From: Acidimicrobiales bacterium
GTDB lineage: Bacteria > Actinomycetota > Acidimicrobiia > Acidimicrobiales > UBA8190
Reading direction: 5' to 3'
NCBI GenBank assembly: GCA_031292675.1
Contig: JARLGQ010000073.1
Span: forward strand, 629 to 64,628
Length of the DNA: 64,000 nt
Below, one piece after another: positions 54,033 to 63,809 of the stretch. The notes under the pieces were generated by a model. It had not been told where the DNA came from and did not search any database. It worked only from the letters and a program-made list of their open reading frames with translations. A program made the position numbers and the translations under genes. Numbering within the stretch: the stretch's first letter is position 1; the number at the start of each line of letters is the position of its first letter.

Positions 54033-54386
54033 ATGGGTAACGCAGAAGGGCGCAGGAGCCAGTTGCTCCGGGGTGTCCTCGACCTCTGCCTTCTGGCGGT
54101 GATGGAGGACGGGCCCGCATACGGCTACGAGATGACCAAGCGGCTTCGGGCGCGCGGCCTCTCCATCGTCGGGGAAGGGTCGATCTACCCCCTCCTGGGC
54201 AGGTTGGAGCGTGACGGAATGGTCGAGACCCGTCGGGCCGCGAGCAACGGAGGCCCGCCCCGGAAGTACTACAGCCTCTCGCCCGAGGGTGAGCGGGCGC
54301 TGGAGACCGGTGTCAGTGAATGGGAGGCGGCGCGCGACGCCGTCGATGGTGCCCTGGGTCTGGTCAAAGCGGAGGTAAGGCCGTGA
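54033..54386 (+). CDS. PadR-family transcriptional regulator
   Basis: 117 aa. LLRGVLDLCLLAVMEDGPAYGYEMTKRL....IVGEGSIYPLLGRLERDGMVE...RKYYSLSPEG is the classic PadR winged helix. Confidence 0.88.
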   Translation: MGNAEGRRSQLLRGVLDLCLLAVMEDGPAYGYEMTKRLRARGLSIVGEGSIYPLLGRLERDGMVETRRAASNGGPPRKYYSLSPEGERALETGVSEWEAARDAVDGALGLVKAEVRP

Positions 54387-54982
54387 ATCAGTTCGTCGAT
54401 GAATGCCGACGGGAGTGGCGACGGCTCGGGGTCGCGGACCCCGTCGCCAACGAGATGGCCGCCGACCTGACGGCCGACCTCGAAGAGGCCGAGTCCGAGG
54501 GAGGTTCTCCCGAAGACGTACTGGGAAACAGCGCATTCGACCCTCGGCGCTTCGCGGCGGCGTGGGCGGCGGCGCGAGGTGTCACGAGCCCACCGCCTCC
54601 CGACCGTCCGTCTCCGTGGCGACCCTCCATGGCGATCGTCCTTGCCGCCCTCCTGGGCGTGCTCACCATCGGCGCCGCCTTTCTCCTTCTGGTCGGCCGG
54701 AGCAGTAGCTCCATTGCCTTCGCCACCCGCCGGATCATCTCCGGGCCCGGGCCGCTCCGGCTCTTCGCACCAGGTCCGGGGCGGATCGTGGTCCCCGGTC
54801 GACTGGGGCTGCCGTTCGTGGGGACCCGGATCGCAGGCGTCGGCGTCCATCCCCTCGCTTGGATGCTGCTCGTCGTGGGCGTCGTGGGCCTCGGCCTGCT
54901 TGCCGTGTTGTACTGGTCGCCTTGGTCCGGCCCCCGCCGGGACCGCCGACACGAGGGCCGACGGACCCCGAGCTGGAACTGA
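54383..54982 (+). CDS. PadR-associated membrane protein (DUF1700-like N-terminus, 2-3 TM helices)
   Basis: The GTG overlaps the PadR stop (GTGA). The N-terminus is FVDECRREWRRLGV...ANEMAADLTADLEEAESEG, and hydrophobic helices follow. Confidence 0.7.
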   Translation: MNQFVDECRREWRRLGVADPVANEMAADLTADLEEAESEGGSPEDVLGNSAFDPRRFAAAWAAARGVTSPPPPDRPSPWRPSMAIVLAALLGVLTIGAAFLLLVGRSSSSIAFATRRIISGPGPLRLFAPGPGRIVVPGRLGLPFVGTRIAGVGVHPLAWMLLVVGVVGLGLLAVLYWSPWSGPRRDRRHEGRRTPSWN

Positions 54983-55221
54983 CTACCGGTGCACCGGTCT
55001 CGCCGCATCGAGAATTCGAGCTGACAGGAGTTCCGTGGGGCACGCCTTCAGCTCGCCCCGATCGCCAAGAGGGTCCCAGGACTCGCCCGACGTCACACAC
55101 CGGGCCCGACGGTGCCTTGTGGTTCGTGAAGAGCAACGACTCCATCGTTCGCATCGCGCCCCGTAACCATCCGCTGTCGTCGGTGCCGCTCCGAGGGTTC
55201 GCGACCCGACGACAGCACTTC

Positions 55222-56952
55222 TCAGAGAAGGTGGAGGGTCAACGTCTTCGTCGCCGTCACTCTCGGGTTGCCCCTTGTCCGGTGTGTCGTGGCTTGCACG
55301 GTAAAGGTGTAGGCGCCGGGCGTGTCCTGCTTCTTGGGATTCCCGGTCAACAGCCCGTCCGCCTTCAGCCTGAGACCCCTGGGGGGCTTCGGTGAGGCCG
55401 GAGCAAGCTTCCACTTGTACGGGGTAGCTCCTCCGCTTGCTCCGAGTTGGACGCCGTACTCAGCCCCCCGTGTCGCGTCGGATAGCGAAGTGGTGGTGAT
55501 TTGAAAGCCTGGGCCAGGCAGCCCTGCGGGCCCGTGGAATGCGTGGACCTGGTTCGTCGACGCCGCCAGAAGCAAGCCGTCGGCCACCGTGGGTGTGGGA
55601 AAGTGATTGGCCTCCGAGCCAAGGGAGAACGTCTGGGCCGCGTTCCCCGTGGAGGGGTCCAGTCCGAAGAGCTTCCCGTTGCCCGGGTTGATCGTCCAGA
55701 CCTCGCCCCCCGCCACGATGGGCGGCCCGCCGGATCCTGTCGAGGTCTTCCACACCGAGGTGATCGTGGGTGGGTTCCCCGGAGTGATCTGTGTCTTCAC
55801 CACCCCCGCCTGGCAGGGGGTGTACACGACGTTGCCCACGACCGCACTGCCTCCGTCCACATCCGCGCCGCAGTACGAACTTGCTTCGGCGAGCTGGTGC
55901 CCCACCCCTCCGAGCGACGAGCTCGACACGACATAAGCCTTTCGGGATTTCCCGGCCTGAAAAGCCAGTCCGTCGGCCAGGAGCGCCGGCGACGAGGAGC
56001 CGAGGTCCAGGTCGGACCCGTTGTCGCTGTACCAGGTCGACGGCGTAAAGAATTGCTGCTCCACCAGTCCGGAGTTGAGCTCTACCACGGCGTCGCTGTT
56101 GTCATAGGTGTCGGTCGACGAGTTGAAGGCGCTGTTGCCGGTGGCGAACCAGACGTCGCCCGAAGCGTCGACGAGCGGTGCCGCTCCCCCCATCCACACC
56201 GCGCCCTGGCTGTCGTGCGCCGCCGAGGCGACCTCGAAGGACTTCTGGGCTCCGCCACCCTCGGGGATCGAGATGACCCAGCCGTGGTAATTCCCGCAAT
56301 CGCCGGAGTTGCCACCGAACCCCTCCACCACATTGCCGCCGTCGAGAGCGAGGCCGGTGCGCTGAAGCTGGGCCAGCTGGTCCGCCCCGGGCAGCGAGAT
56401 GGCCTGGTGAAGGAGAACGGCACCGGTGTAGAGGTCGACGCCGACCAGGTAGTGCTGGGCTGAGGAGCCCACCAGCTGGTCGGCGACCGCGAACACCTCG
56501 CCACGGGTGGGATCGATGACGGGCGTGCCGGTGATGCCGACGGTGGGCGAGATGTTGCCGCACGGCAGGTCCCCCGAGGGCACGGCCGTCCCGACGTGGG
56601 TCGACCAGATCACTGCACCGGTGTCGGGAGCCAGCTCGTAGACCGTGTCGTTCTCCGTGGCGACGACCACTCGGCCCGCCTCCACCAGGGGCTCGCCGTA
56701 GATCTGCCCGTCGAGGGGAGCGGAGGTCCACGCCACGGTGGCCGGACTGAGGTCGGTCCCCGAAGGGTCGACGCCGCCACCGAGGCCGTCGTGATGGTAC
56801 GTCGGCCAGTCCGAGGCGAACACGGCGGATCCGGCGACCGGTGGTGGCGCGGCACCGGATGTGTGACCCGGGATCGTCACCGTCGCCACTCCCGCCACAA
56901 TGACGACGCCGGCCCCAACCAGTGCCCGAACGAACGGTCTCATCGGGACCAT
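55222..56952 (-). CDS. Secreted PQQ-like/BamB-like beta-propeller protein with C-terminal Ig-like domain
   Basis: 576 aa. A signal peptide is followed by repeated propeller motifs (IYGEPLVEAGRVVVATENDTVYELAPDTGAVIW ...). The C-terminal segment (TPYKWKL...GLLTGNP...GAYTFTVQATT) is typical of a putative Ig domain. Confidence 0.85.
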   Translation of the reverse strand: MVPMRPFVRALVGAGVVIVAGVATVTIPGHTSGAAPPPVAGSAVFASDWPTYHHDGLGGGVDPSGTDLSPATVAWTSAPLDGQIYGEPLVEAGRVVVATENDTVYELAPDTGAVIWSTHVGTAVPSGDLPCGNISPTVGITGTPVIDPTRGEVFAVADQLVGSSAQHYLVGVDLYTGAVLLHQAISLPGADQLAQLQRTGLALDGGNVVEGFGGNSGDCGNYHGWVISIPEGGGAQKSFEVASAAHDSQGAVWMGGAAPLVDASGDVWFATGNSAFNSSTDTYDNSDAVVELNSGLVEQQFFTPSTWYSDNGSDLDLGSSSPALLADGLAFQAGKSRKAYVVSSSSLGGVGHQLAEASSYCGADVDGGSAVVGNVVYTPCQAGVVKTQITPGNPPTITSVWKTSTGSGGPPIVAGGEVWTINPGNGKLFGLDPSTGNAAQTFSLGSEANHFPTPTVADGLLLAASTNQVHAFHGPAGLPGPGFQITTTSLSDATRGAEYGVQLGASGGATPYKWKLAPASPKPPRGLRLKADGLLTGNPKKQDTPGAYTFTVQATTHRTRGNPRVTATKTLTLHLL

Positions 56953-57049
56953 CCGCCACTGCCGCAGGCGCGGTGTTGTCTGTCGAATGTGATGTTGGCC
57001 ATTGCATTGCCCCCCTACGCCGACCCTAACCGCGACGGGCCGGGCTACG

Positions 57050-58279
57050 TCACCGGAAGTCGAAAGCCACCTTGATGGCGCCGCTGCTCTCTTGCTCGGC
57101 GAGGGCAGTGAACGCCTCGCGCCACTGCTCGAGCCGGAACGTGTGGGTCAGCATCCCGGCAAGGTCCACCCTTCCCTCATCGGCGAGGTCCAAGAAGTGG
57201 GCGATGCCATGCTTGCGCACGCCCTCGACCTCTTCTACCCCGAATGCGTTCGATCCAACCCAGGTGATCTCCTTGAAGTAGAGCGGCGAGTACTCCCACC
57301 GTCCGGGGCCGTGGACCCCGCTCTTGACGAGCGTCCCGCGCGCTTTCAGCAGGCGCACGCCGACCTCGAAGGTCTCGGGCTTCCCGATGGTGTCGTAGAC
57401 GACGTCGATCTGGCCGGGATGCGCCATCGGCAGTCCGTCGCGGACCGGCTGCAGGACGCCGCCCGACCACGCCGCGGCCTGCTCGATGAGTGCCAGGCGC
57501 GGTTCGGGTGCCACCACCGTGGCACCGAGCCGCCGCGCCAGGGCGGCCTGGGCCGGGAAGCGGGCCACCACCATGACGTCGACGTCGGGGTACAGCGCGC
57601 GCAGGATGGCCGTCGCGGTGGTACCGAGGGCACCGGCTCCGTACACGAGCGCCTTCCCGCCGGGGGGCGGTGGATGGCGTGTCACCGAATGCAGCGACAC
57701 CGCGAAGGGGTCGGCGAACACGGCGAGCTCGTCGGGGACGCCGTCGGGCACGGGGAAGAGCATCGTATGGTGCGCCGGGAAGTAGTCGGCGAAGCCGCCG
57801 GGCGCGTCCTTGCACGTTCCGGTGTGGATGCCCGCGGCCAGGGGCCCTTCGGTGAAGTGCCAGCACAGGCTGTAGTCGCCGCTCGCACACGAGGGGCATA
57901 CGGGGTCGATGCCGCGTGGCGCGCACGACAACCAGGGATTGAGCACGACGCGCTGGCCGACCTCGAGGCCCGGTACGCCGGGGCCCACGTCGGCCACGTC
58001 GGCCACGACTTCGTGACCGAGGATGGTGGGGAACGTGAACAGGTTCGCCAGGGGGCTGTCGGTGTTGGCCTCGCCGAAGTCCATGAACACCTGCTTGGCC
58101 TCGGAACCGCAGATCCCCGTCATCCGGGTCTTGGCCATGACCCACCCCGGCCGCGCCGGGTGCGGCTCGTCGAGGTCGACGAGCTTCATGGGGGTGCGCG
58201 CCAGTCCCACCAGGAGCGGGTTGGACTCGTCCGGCGCATCCCACTTGTCGGGCCGAACCCCGTACAGCAGTCCCTTCAT
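57050..58279 (-). CDS. Zn-dependent dehydrogenase (MDR superfamily)
   Basis: 409 aa. It has GICGSE, GHEVVADV, a structural Cys cluster (CPSCASGDYSLC) and the NAD motif VYGAGALG. GAGGAGGGG lies before the ATG. Confidence 0.88.
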   Translation of the reverse strand: MKGLLYGVRPDKWDAPDESNPLLVGLARTPMKLVDLDEPHPARPGWVMAKTRMTGICGSEAKQVFMDFGEANTDSPLANLFTFPTILGHEVVADVADVGPGVPGLEVGQRVVLNPWLSCAPRGIDPVCPSCASGDYSLCWHFTEGPLAAGIHTGTCKDAPGGFADYFPAHHTMLFPVPDGVPDELAVFADPFAVSLHSVTRHPPPPGGKALVYGAGALGTTATAILRALYPDVDVMVVARFPAQAALARRLGATVVAPEPRLALIEQAAAWSGGVLQPVRDGLPMAHPGQIDVVYDTIGKPETFEVGVRLLKARGTLVKSGVHGPGRWEYSPLYFKEITWVGSNAFGVEEVEGVRKHGIAHFLDLADEGRVDLAGMLTHTFRLEQWREAFTALAEQESSGAIKVAFDFR

Positions 58280-58294
58280 CGACCGACCCCTCCT

Positions 58295-59095
58295 CTAGAC
58301 CGTGTCCGCGAGCCTCTCCCAGCCCTGGGGGGGAGGCTCGAGCCGCCAGTACTGCTCGGGAACGTTGGCGTCCAGCCTCTCGTCGAGGACGTGGTCGCGC
58401 TGCAGCGGTGGCAGCTGGCTCTTGTAGTGATCGATGGCGGCGCGCTTGCGGACCATGTCGGGCTCGATGGGCACGACCGCCGGGGTCGGCCACAAGCCGC
58501 TCTTGAACAGCTTGGCGATCCTCCACGCCAGGATGCCGGGGATGTGCTTGTACCCGTGGTCCTCGTAGCAGAACCACGCCGGCCCGTTCCCCGACTCGCC
58601 CAGCGCCTCCCGGGCCAGCAGCCCCGCGTCGTGGGTGAGGGCGTGGTCGGGATTGGCGAGGCCCATGGGGAGGAACACGGCGGTCGGCGACGCGGCGGCG
58701 ATGGCCTCCTCGAGCACCGGGGCCACCTCGGGCGGACGGGGCCGCTCGTCCTTGGCGAGGTACTGGTGGTCCGGGAAGTCGAGCCACACCGGAGTCGCCT
58801 CCAGGAACGCCATGGCGGACCGATCCTCTTCTTGGCGTATGGCGACCACGTCGTCGCCGGGGCCGAAGCCCCCACATGCGTCCCAGGACGTGGGCTCGGC
58901 GGGGTAGGCGGGGGGTCGCCCGCCGAGCACGGTGACGACGGTGGTGCCCCGGTGACCGGCGATCAGGTGCGCGGCCCCCAGGACGGCGTCATCGAAATGC
59001 GGGGACACCACCACGATGCGAGCCAGGGTGGCGGGGTCGACCAGCCCCCAGGTGACCTCGACCGTTCCCCCCGTTCCCCCCGTGCCCGCCCCCAC
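58295..59095 (-). CDS. PIG-L/LmbE-family deacetylase
   Basis: It carries the family motif VVVSPHFDDAVLGAAHLI and the later motif HALTHD. The GTG start at 59095 is followed by a Gly/Thr-rich stretch encoded by GTTCCCCCC x2 (plus strand 59064..59081). Confidence 0.85.
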   Translation of the reverse strand: MGAGTGGTGGTVEVTWGLVDPATLARIVVVSPHFDDAVLGAAHLIAGHRGTTVVTVLGGRPPAYPAEPTSWDACGGFGPGDDVVAIRQEEDRSAMAFLEATPVWLDFPDHQYLAKDERPRPPEVAPVLEEAIAAASPTAVFLPMGLANPDHALTHDAGLLAREALGESGNGPAWFCYEDHGYKHIPGILAWRIAKLFKSGLWPTPAVVPIEPDMVRKRAAIDHYKSQLPPLQRDHVLDERLDANVPEQYWRLEPPPQGWERLADTV

Positions 59096-59311
59096 AAGCC
59101 CGGACCGTATCGCGTCGGGCCGGGCCTACGCCCGCCCCGCCGTGCCCGGCGGGGGGACCTCGGTGCGGTGCTCGAGGGCGCCATCCCCGGGCGCGCCGCG
59201 CACGACCTCGTCGTGGTACTCGCCGGCGCGCGCCCTGCCGTCGTCGACGACGTGCCCGTAGCGGGCCCGAAGATCATGGATGGCGAGGTCGTCGCTCCCC
59301 ATCGGGGCGCG

Positions 59312-59665
59312 TCACGCGTCAGCGGCCTGGCACACGCAGAACTCGTTGCCTTCGGGGTCGGCCATGACGATCCAGTGGCTGTCGTGCTCGGCCATGGGGC
59401 GCTCGCTCAGACGCGTCGCCCCCAGCTGCTCGAGGCGCGACGCCACGCCCTCGATGTCGGGCACCTCGATGTCGAGGTGCATCCGGTTCTTGTCGGCCTT
59501 GTGCTCGGCGACGCGCTGGAGCAGCAGCTTCGGGCCTTCGGCCCCGTCGGGCATCAGCAGCACGTAATTCTCGACCGATCCCACCACGACGTAGCCGAGG
59601 GCCGGGGCCCAGAAGGTCGCCAACGCCTCGGGGTCGCGGCTGTCGAGGACGAGGCTGATCTCCAC
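59312..59665 (-). CDS. VOC (glyoxalase-like) family protein
   Basis: 117 aa with a GTG start. The motifs are LVLDSRDPEALATFWAPALGY, NRMHLDIEV and VMADPEGNEFCV. Confidence 0.8.
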   Translation of the reverse strand: MEISLVLDSRDPEALATFWAPALGYVVVGSVENYVLLMPDGAEGPKLLLQRVAEHKADKNRMHLDIEVPDIEGVASRLEQLGATRLSERPMAEHDSHWIVMADPEGNEFCVCQAADA

Positions 59666-60174
59666 GACGCCATCATGCCCGGGACGAGTCGAGCCGCGGT
59701 GAGGGCGGGGATCCCGCTCAGAGTGACCGAGCGAACGCGGGGCGGTTGGGTGGTCCCTCAGCGCGAGGTGTGGAGCGAGGCAGACCTCAAGAGGTCGACC
59801 AGGTCCCAGAAGAACGAGTAGCCGCGGTGGTGGATGCGCCGGGCCATCAGTGCCGGTTCCGGTTCTCGAGTCCCACCCCGACCAGCCTCCGGTCTTGGCG
59901 CCCGTCTTGGCGACGGTTCTGCCTGGTCACAGGCTCGGCGCCGGCTTGGAGGGCCTCGTCGATCAGCCTGATGATCTCGTCACAGCGTTGCGCTGGCGTC
60001 ATTGCTCGCTCACTTGTCCAGAAAAGTGTCTCCTCACCATGCGCCGATCGGGGGTGTCGCATGGAGGGCCGTTGGGGGTCAGTCGTCAGGGCCATAGGTC
60101 ACACTTCGGCGCCGGTCGGCGGATCGCGATGGTGGCGACGGGACGGGACCACCGGTGTGTGGCACCGTGTCGGC

Positions 60175-60396
60175 ATGTGCAGAAGCATCGTGACCCTTCG
60201 GAGCCCCGAGGCCGTGCCCGACGAGGACGTGCGGGCCGCCGCCCTGCAGTACGTCAGGAAGGTGAGCGGCTACCGTGCTCCTTCCGAGGCCAATCGAGCC
60301 ACCTTCGAGCGTGCCGTCGACGACATCGCGGCGTCGACCCGGATCCTGCTCGACGGGCTCGTGTCGGGAAGGCCGGGGCCGAAGATCAGCCGGTAG
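60175..60396 (+). CDS. DUF2277-family small protein
   Basis: 73 aa from ATG 60175. MCRSIVTLRSPE...DVRAAALQYVRKVSGYRAPSEANRATFERAVDDIA matches the conserved DUF2277 N-terminus. Confidence 0.75.
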   Translation: MCRSIVTLRSPEAVPDEDVRAAALQYVRKVSGYRAPSEANRATFERAVDDIAASTRILLDGLVSGRPGPKISR

Positions 60397-61369
60397 CGGG
60401 GCCCAGTCCCCGCACCAGGGCGCGCACTTGTTCCTCGATGGCGCGCCGGCCGAGCGCGCCGTTGGCGGCGATGATGTCGAATCCATGGCACGCGCCCGGC
60501 ACCGTGTGCAGCTCGGTGGGCACGCCTGCCGCCATGAGCCGGCTGGCGTACTCGATGCCCTCGTCACGGAGGGGGTCGAGCTCGGCGGTGAGCACGTACG
60601 CGGCGGGAAGGCCCCTAAGGTCCGCGCAACGCCCCGGAGCCGCGTAGGGAGACACCTCGCCTCGCTCCTCGGGGTCGCCCAGGTAGTACCGCCACATGTC
60701 CGCGGTGGCCCCGCTCGTCCACAGCGGAGTGGCGTCGAAGGCACGCATCGACGGGGTCTGCATCCTGTCGTCGAGCACGGGGTAATTGAGGAGCTGGAAC
60801 ACGAGCGGCGGCCCCCCCCGGTCACGCGCCATGAGCGCCACCGAGGCCGCCAACGCACCACCGGCACTGCTCCCGCCCACCCCCACCCGGTCGGGGTCGA
60901 CTCCGAGGTCCGCGGCGTGCGACATCGTCCACTCGAGCCCGGCAAAGCAGTCCTCGACGGCGGCGGGGTAGGGGTGCTCGGGCGCCAGGCGGTAGTCCAC
61001 CGACACCACCACGCACCGGGCACCGGCCGCGTAGCGCAGGCAGCGGAGCTCCTCGGTGAAGCGGTCGCCGAGGACGAAGGCGCCGCCGTGGAAGAACACC
61101 AGGGCCGCCGCCGTGTCCTCTCGGGTGGCCGGCGCGTAGACGCGCACGGGGATCTCCTCACCTGCTTCGGGGCCGGGGATCGAGTGGTCGTCCACCACGA
61201 CCCGGTCGTCGGTGGGCAGGGTGCCCCCGATGGCCTGGAGCAGGTCGAGGGTGGAGCGCAACTGCTTGATGACGTTGATGTCTCGGAGGTGTGTGCCGGG
61301 GTCGACCCCTTCGGGGAACGCGGCGAGGGCCTCGGCCAGCTCGGGGTCCAGGGCCGAGGACCAGTCCAT
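60386..61369 (-). CDS. Alpha/beta hydrolase, HSL-type esterase/lipase
   Basis: 327 aa. The oxyanion motif is FFHGGAF, the nucleophile is GGSSAGG, and the Asp/His partners lie in DPLRDEG and ACHGF. The ATG is 2 nt after the stop of the LLM gene. Confidence 0.88.
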   Translation of the reverse strand: MDWSSALDPELAEALAAFPEGVDPGTHLRDINVIKQLRSTLDLLQAIGGTLPTDDRVVVDDHSIPGPEAGEEIPVRVYAPATREDTAAALVFFHGGAFVLGDRFTEELRCLRYAAGARCVVVSVDYRLAPEHPYPAAVEDCFAGLEWTMSHAADLGVDPDRVGVGGSSAGGALAASVALMARDRGGPPLVFQLLNYPVLDDRMQTPSMRAFDATPLWTSGATADMWRYYLGDPEERGEVSPYAAPGRCADLRGLPAAYVLTAELDPLRDEGIEYASRLMAAGVPTELHTVPGACHGFDIIAANGALGRRAIEEQVRALVRGLGPATG

Positions 61370-61371
61370 GA

Positions 61372-62478
61372 TCAGCGGTGGAACTCGGGGATGACCTCGT
61401 TCCCCATGAGCTCGATGGTCTGCATGACCGCCTCGTGCGGGATGTTGTACGGGTTGACCAGGCACAGGAGCAGGTCGATGCCCGCCTCCTCGTAGAGCCG
61501 GACCGTCTTGATGCAGTCCTCGGGCGTGCCGAGCACACACGCGTTGGCCTCCACCAGGTACTCGAGCGAGAGCAGGTCGAGCGCGCCCTCGTCGTCGATC
61601 TTCTTCATGTCGGCGGCGTAGGCATAGGAGCCGAGGTCCTGCTTTCGTTCGGTCATCCAGTCCGTCATGGAGGCGATCTGCCGGGCACCGGTCTTGGGGT
61701 ACCACTCGAAGGACTCGCGGGCCAGGTCGTGGGCCGCGGCGCGCTCGGGCGCGCACAGGGCCATGGTGAAGGTGGCGGCGCGGTTGTTCACGAAGGCGCC
61801 GATGGGCTTCGTGCAACCCTCCACGGCCTCCCGGTAGATGTCGACCTTGGCCTTCACCTCCTGCGGAGAGACGCCGACGGCGAACGAGCACAGGCCCAGG
61901 CCGAGCGCGCCGACCTGGCGGTGCCCGTCCTCGGAGCTCGTCGCACCCCAGATGGGTGGATGCGGGTCCTGGCGGGGCTTGGGGTGGACGCGCCGCTTGG
62001 GCATCTTCCAGTACTTGCCGGCGAGCTCGTACTCGTCGTTGGTCCAGCACCCCACCACGTGCCCGATGGCCTCCTGCCACATGGCGCGGGTCTCGGCCGG
62101 GTCGACCCCGAAGCCTTCGAGCTCGGCCCGCGTCGAGGAGCGCCCGGTCCCGAGGTCCACGCGGCCGTCGGAGAGCAGGTCGAGCACCGCCACCGACTCC
62201 GCCGTCCGCACGGGGTGGTTGTAGGGCTGGGGCATGAGCCGCACCCCGTAGCCGATGCGGATGCGCTCGGTGAGCGCGGCCACCGCCCCGTAGAGGACCT
62301 CGGGGTTCGAACAGTGCGAGAACTCCGACAGGAAGTGGTGCTCCACGGTCCAGAACGCGTCCCATCCGTAGCGCTCGCCCGCCACCGCCTGGGCGAGGAC
62401 GTTCTTGTACGCGGTGTGCTCGCTGTCGGGCCCCCAGGGATGGGGGACGGGGATCTCGTAGAACAGGGCGAACTGCAC
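61372..62478 (-). CDS. LLM-class flavin/F420-dependent oxidoreductase
   Basis: VQFALFYEIP..., WTVEHHF and LLSDGRVDLGTGRS are luciferase-like monooxygenase motifs. The start is GTG 62478 or ATG 62496. Confidence 0.88.
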   Translation of the reverse strand: MQFALFYEIPVPHPWGPDSEHTAYKNVLAQAVAGERYGWDAFWTVEHHFLSEFSHCSNPEVLYGAVAALTERIRIGYGVRLMPQPYNHPVRTAESVAVLDLLSDGRVDLGTGRSSTRAELEGFGVDPAETRAMWQEAIGHVVGCWTNDEYELAGKYWKMPKRRVHPKPRQDPHPPIWGATSSEDGHRQVGALGLGLCSFAVGVSPQEVKAKVDIYREAVEGCTKPIGAFVNNRAATFTMALCAPERAAAHDLARESFEWYPKTGARQIASMTDWMTERKQDLGSYAYAADMKKIDDEGALDLLSLEYLVEANACVLGTPEDCIKTVRLYEEAGIDLLLCLVNPYNIPHEAVMQTIELMGNEVIPEFHR

Positions 62479-62550
62479 GGAGCAGGGTCCTATCATCCTG
62501 CCCACCCGGCGACAAACCGCCGGCGGCGGGCCGACACCGAGGGGGTTCCC

Positions 62551-63363
62551 ATGCGCGGGCTGGCGGGCAAGAACGTGATCGTCACCGGGGCGGCGTCGGG
62601 GATCGGCCGGGCCTGTGCGGCCCGCCTCCTCCAAGAGGGTGCCAGCGTGATGGGCGCGGACCTCACCCCCGCCGGCGACGCCCCCGGTGAGCCCTCCGGT
62701 GCTGCAGCGTGGGCCTTCACCACGGTCGACGTCACCGACGAGGCCTCCGTCACCACACTCGTGGACGAGGCGACCCGGGCCTTCGGGCGCGTCGACGGTC
62801 TCGTCAACGCAGCCGGGGTGGCCGGGGGCGGGGCCGTGCACATGGTCGACACCGGGGAATGGAACCGCGTGGTGGGCGTGAACCTCTACGGCACGTTCCT
62901 GACCGCCAAGCACGCCATCGCCCGCATGATGGAGCAGCCCCGGGTCGAAGGCGAGCGGGGTGCGGTGGTCACCATCGCCAGCATCGAGGGCATCGAGGGC
63001 ACCGCCGGCGGCAGCGCCTACAGCGCGTCGAAGGGGGGTGTCGTCATCCTGACCAAGAACATGGCCATCGACTACGCGCCGCTGGGCATCCGCGTGAACA
63101 CGATCTGCCCCGGGTTCATCGACACGCCGATGAGCCAGGACGTCATCTTCGGGCTGCCCGGCATGGAGCGGGCCAAGCGGGAGATCATCGCCGAGCACAA
63201 GCTCGGCCGCATCGGGCAACCCTCGGAGATCGCGTCGGCAGCTGCCTTCCTGCTCTCTGCCGACGCCTCGTTCATCACCGGGCACGCCCTGGTGGTCGAC
63301 GGCGGCTACACCGCCGGACGCGACCACGGCGTCACCGAGATGTTGGGGTTGTCGGGCCCGTAG
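62551..63363 (+). CDS. Short-chain dehydrogenase/reductase (classical SDR)
   Basis: 270 aa from ATG 62551 after GAGGGGG. It has the motifs TGAASGIG and NAAG and the catalytic YSASK. Confidence 0.92.
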   Translation: MRGLAGKNVIVTGAASGIGRACAARLLQEGASVMGADLTPAGDAPGEPSGAAAWAFTTVDVTDEASVTTLVDEATRAFGRVDGLVNAAGVAGGGAVHMVDTGEWNRVVGVNLYGTFLTAKHAIARMMEQPRVEGERGAVVTIASIEGIEGTAGGSAYSASKGGVVILTKNMAIDYAPLGIRVNTICPGFIDTPMSQDVIFGLPGMERAKREIIAEHKLGRIGQPSEIASAAAFLLSADASFITGHALVVDGGYTAGRDHGVTEMLGLSGP

Positions 63364-63395
63364 TGCGACGCGCCCACCGCCCCTACGATTGATCG

Positions 63396-63809
63396 ATGGC
63401 GACCACGATCCGCTGCGCCCGAGCAACCGATGTACCCGACGTGCTCGCCCTGTGGCGCGAATCGGGCGCCGAGCCCACCCACACCGACGACGCCGAGAGC
63501 CTCCTCCGACTCATCCGCCATGACCCCGAGGCTCTCGTCGTGGCCGAGGTGGACGACCACGTCGTGGGGTCGGTGATCGCGGCCTGGGACGGTTGGCGGG
63601 GCTCGGTCTATCGCCTCGTCGTCTCGCCCGGCCACCGCCGCGAGGGCCTCGGCCGGCGTCTGGTCGAGGCCGCGGAGACACGACTGGTTGATGCCGGGGC
63701 GCTGCGTCTGCAGGCCATCGTGGTCGAGACCGATCCTCGGGCCACCGGGTTCTGGCGGGCCACCGGTTGGGAGCAGCAGGTGGGGCGACTCCGCTTCGTC
63801 ACGGGATAG
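63396..63809 (+). CDS. GNAT-family N-acetyltransferase
   Basis: 137 aa with the acetyl-CoA motif (LVVSPGHRREGLGRRLVEAAE). Confidence 0.88.
   Translation: MATTIRCARATDVPDVLALWRESGAEPTHTDDAESLLRLIRHDPEALVVAEVDDHVVGSVIAAWDGWRGSVYRLVVSPGHRREGLGRRLVEAAETRLVDAGALRLQAIVVETDPRATGFWRATGWEQQVGRLRFVTG

Noticed and set aside
55102-55155. The peptide GPDGALWFVKSNDSIVRI in an intergenic plus-strand frame. It resembles one blade motif of Vgb-lyase/SMP-30-type beta-propellers, so it could be a gene remnant next to the PQQ-like propeller gene.
   Set aside because: Only about 18 residues match and the flanking sequence does not continue the repeat in a single frame. That is too short to support a pseudogene call without a database search.
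57002-59821. The longest plus-strand ORF in the window (939 aa).
   Set aside because: It runs antisense to three well-supported minus-strand genes (Zn-dehydrogenase, PIG-L deacetylase, VOC). Its composition is Gly/Arg/His/Asp/Pro-rich with no recognisable domain. This is the typical shadow ORF of very GC-rich DNA.
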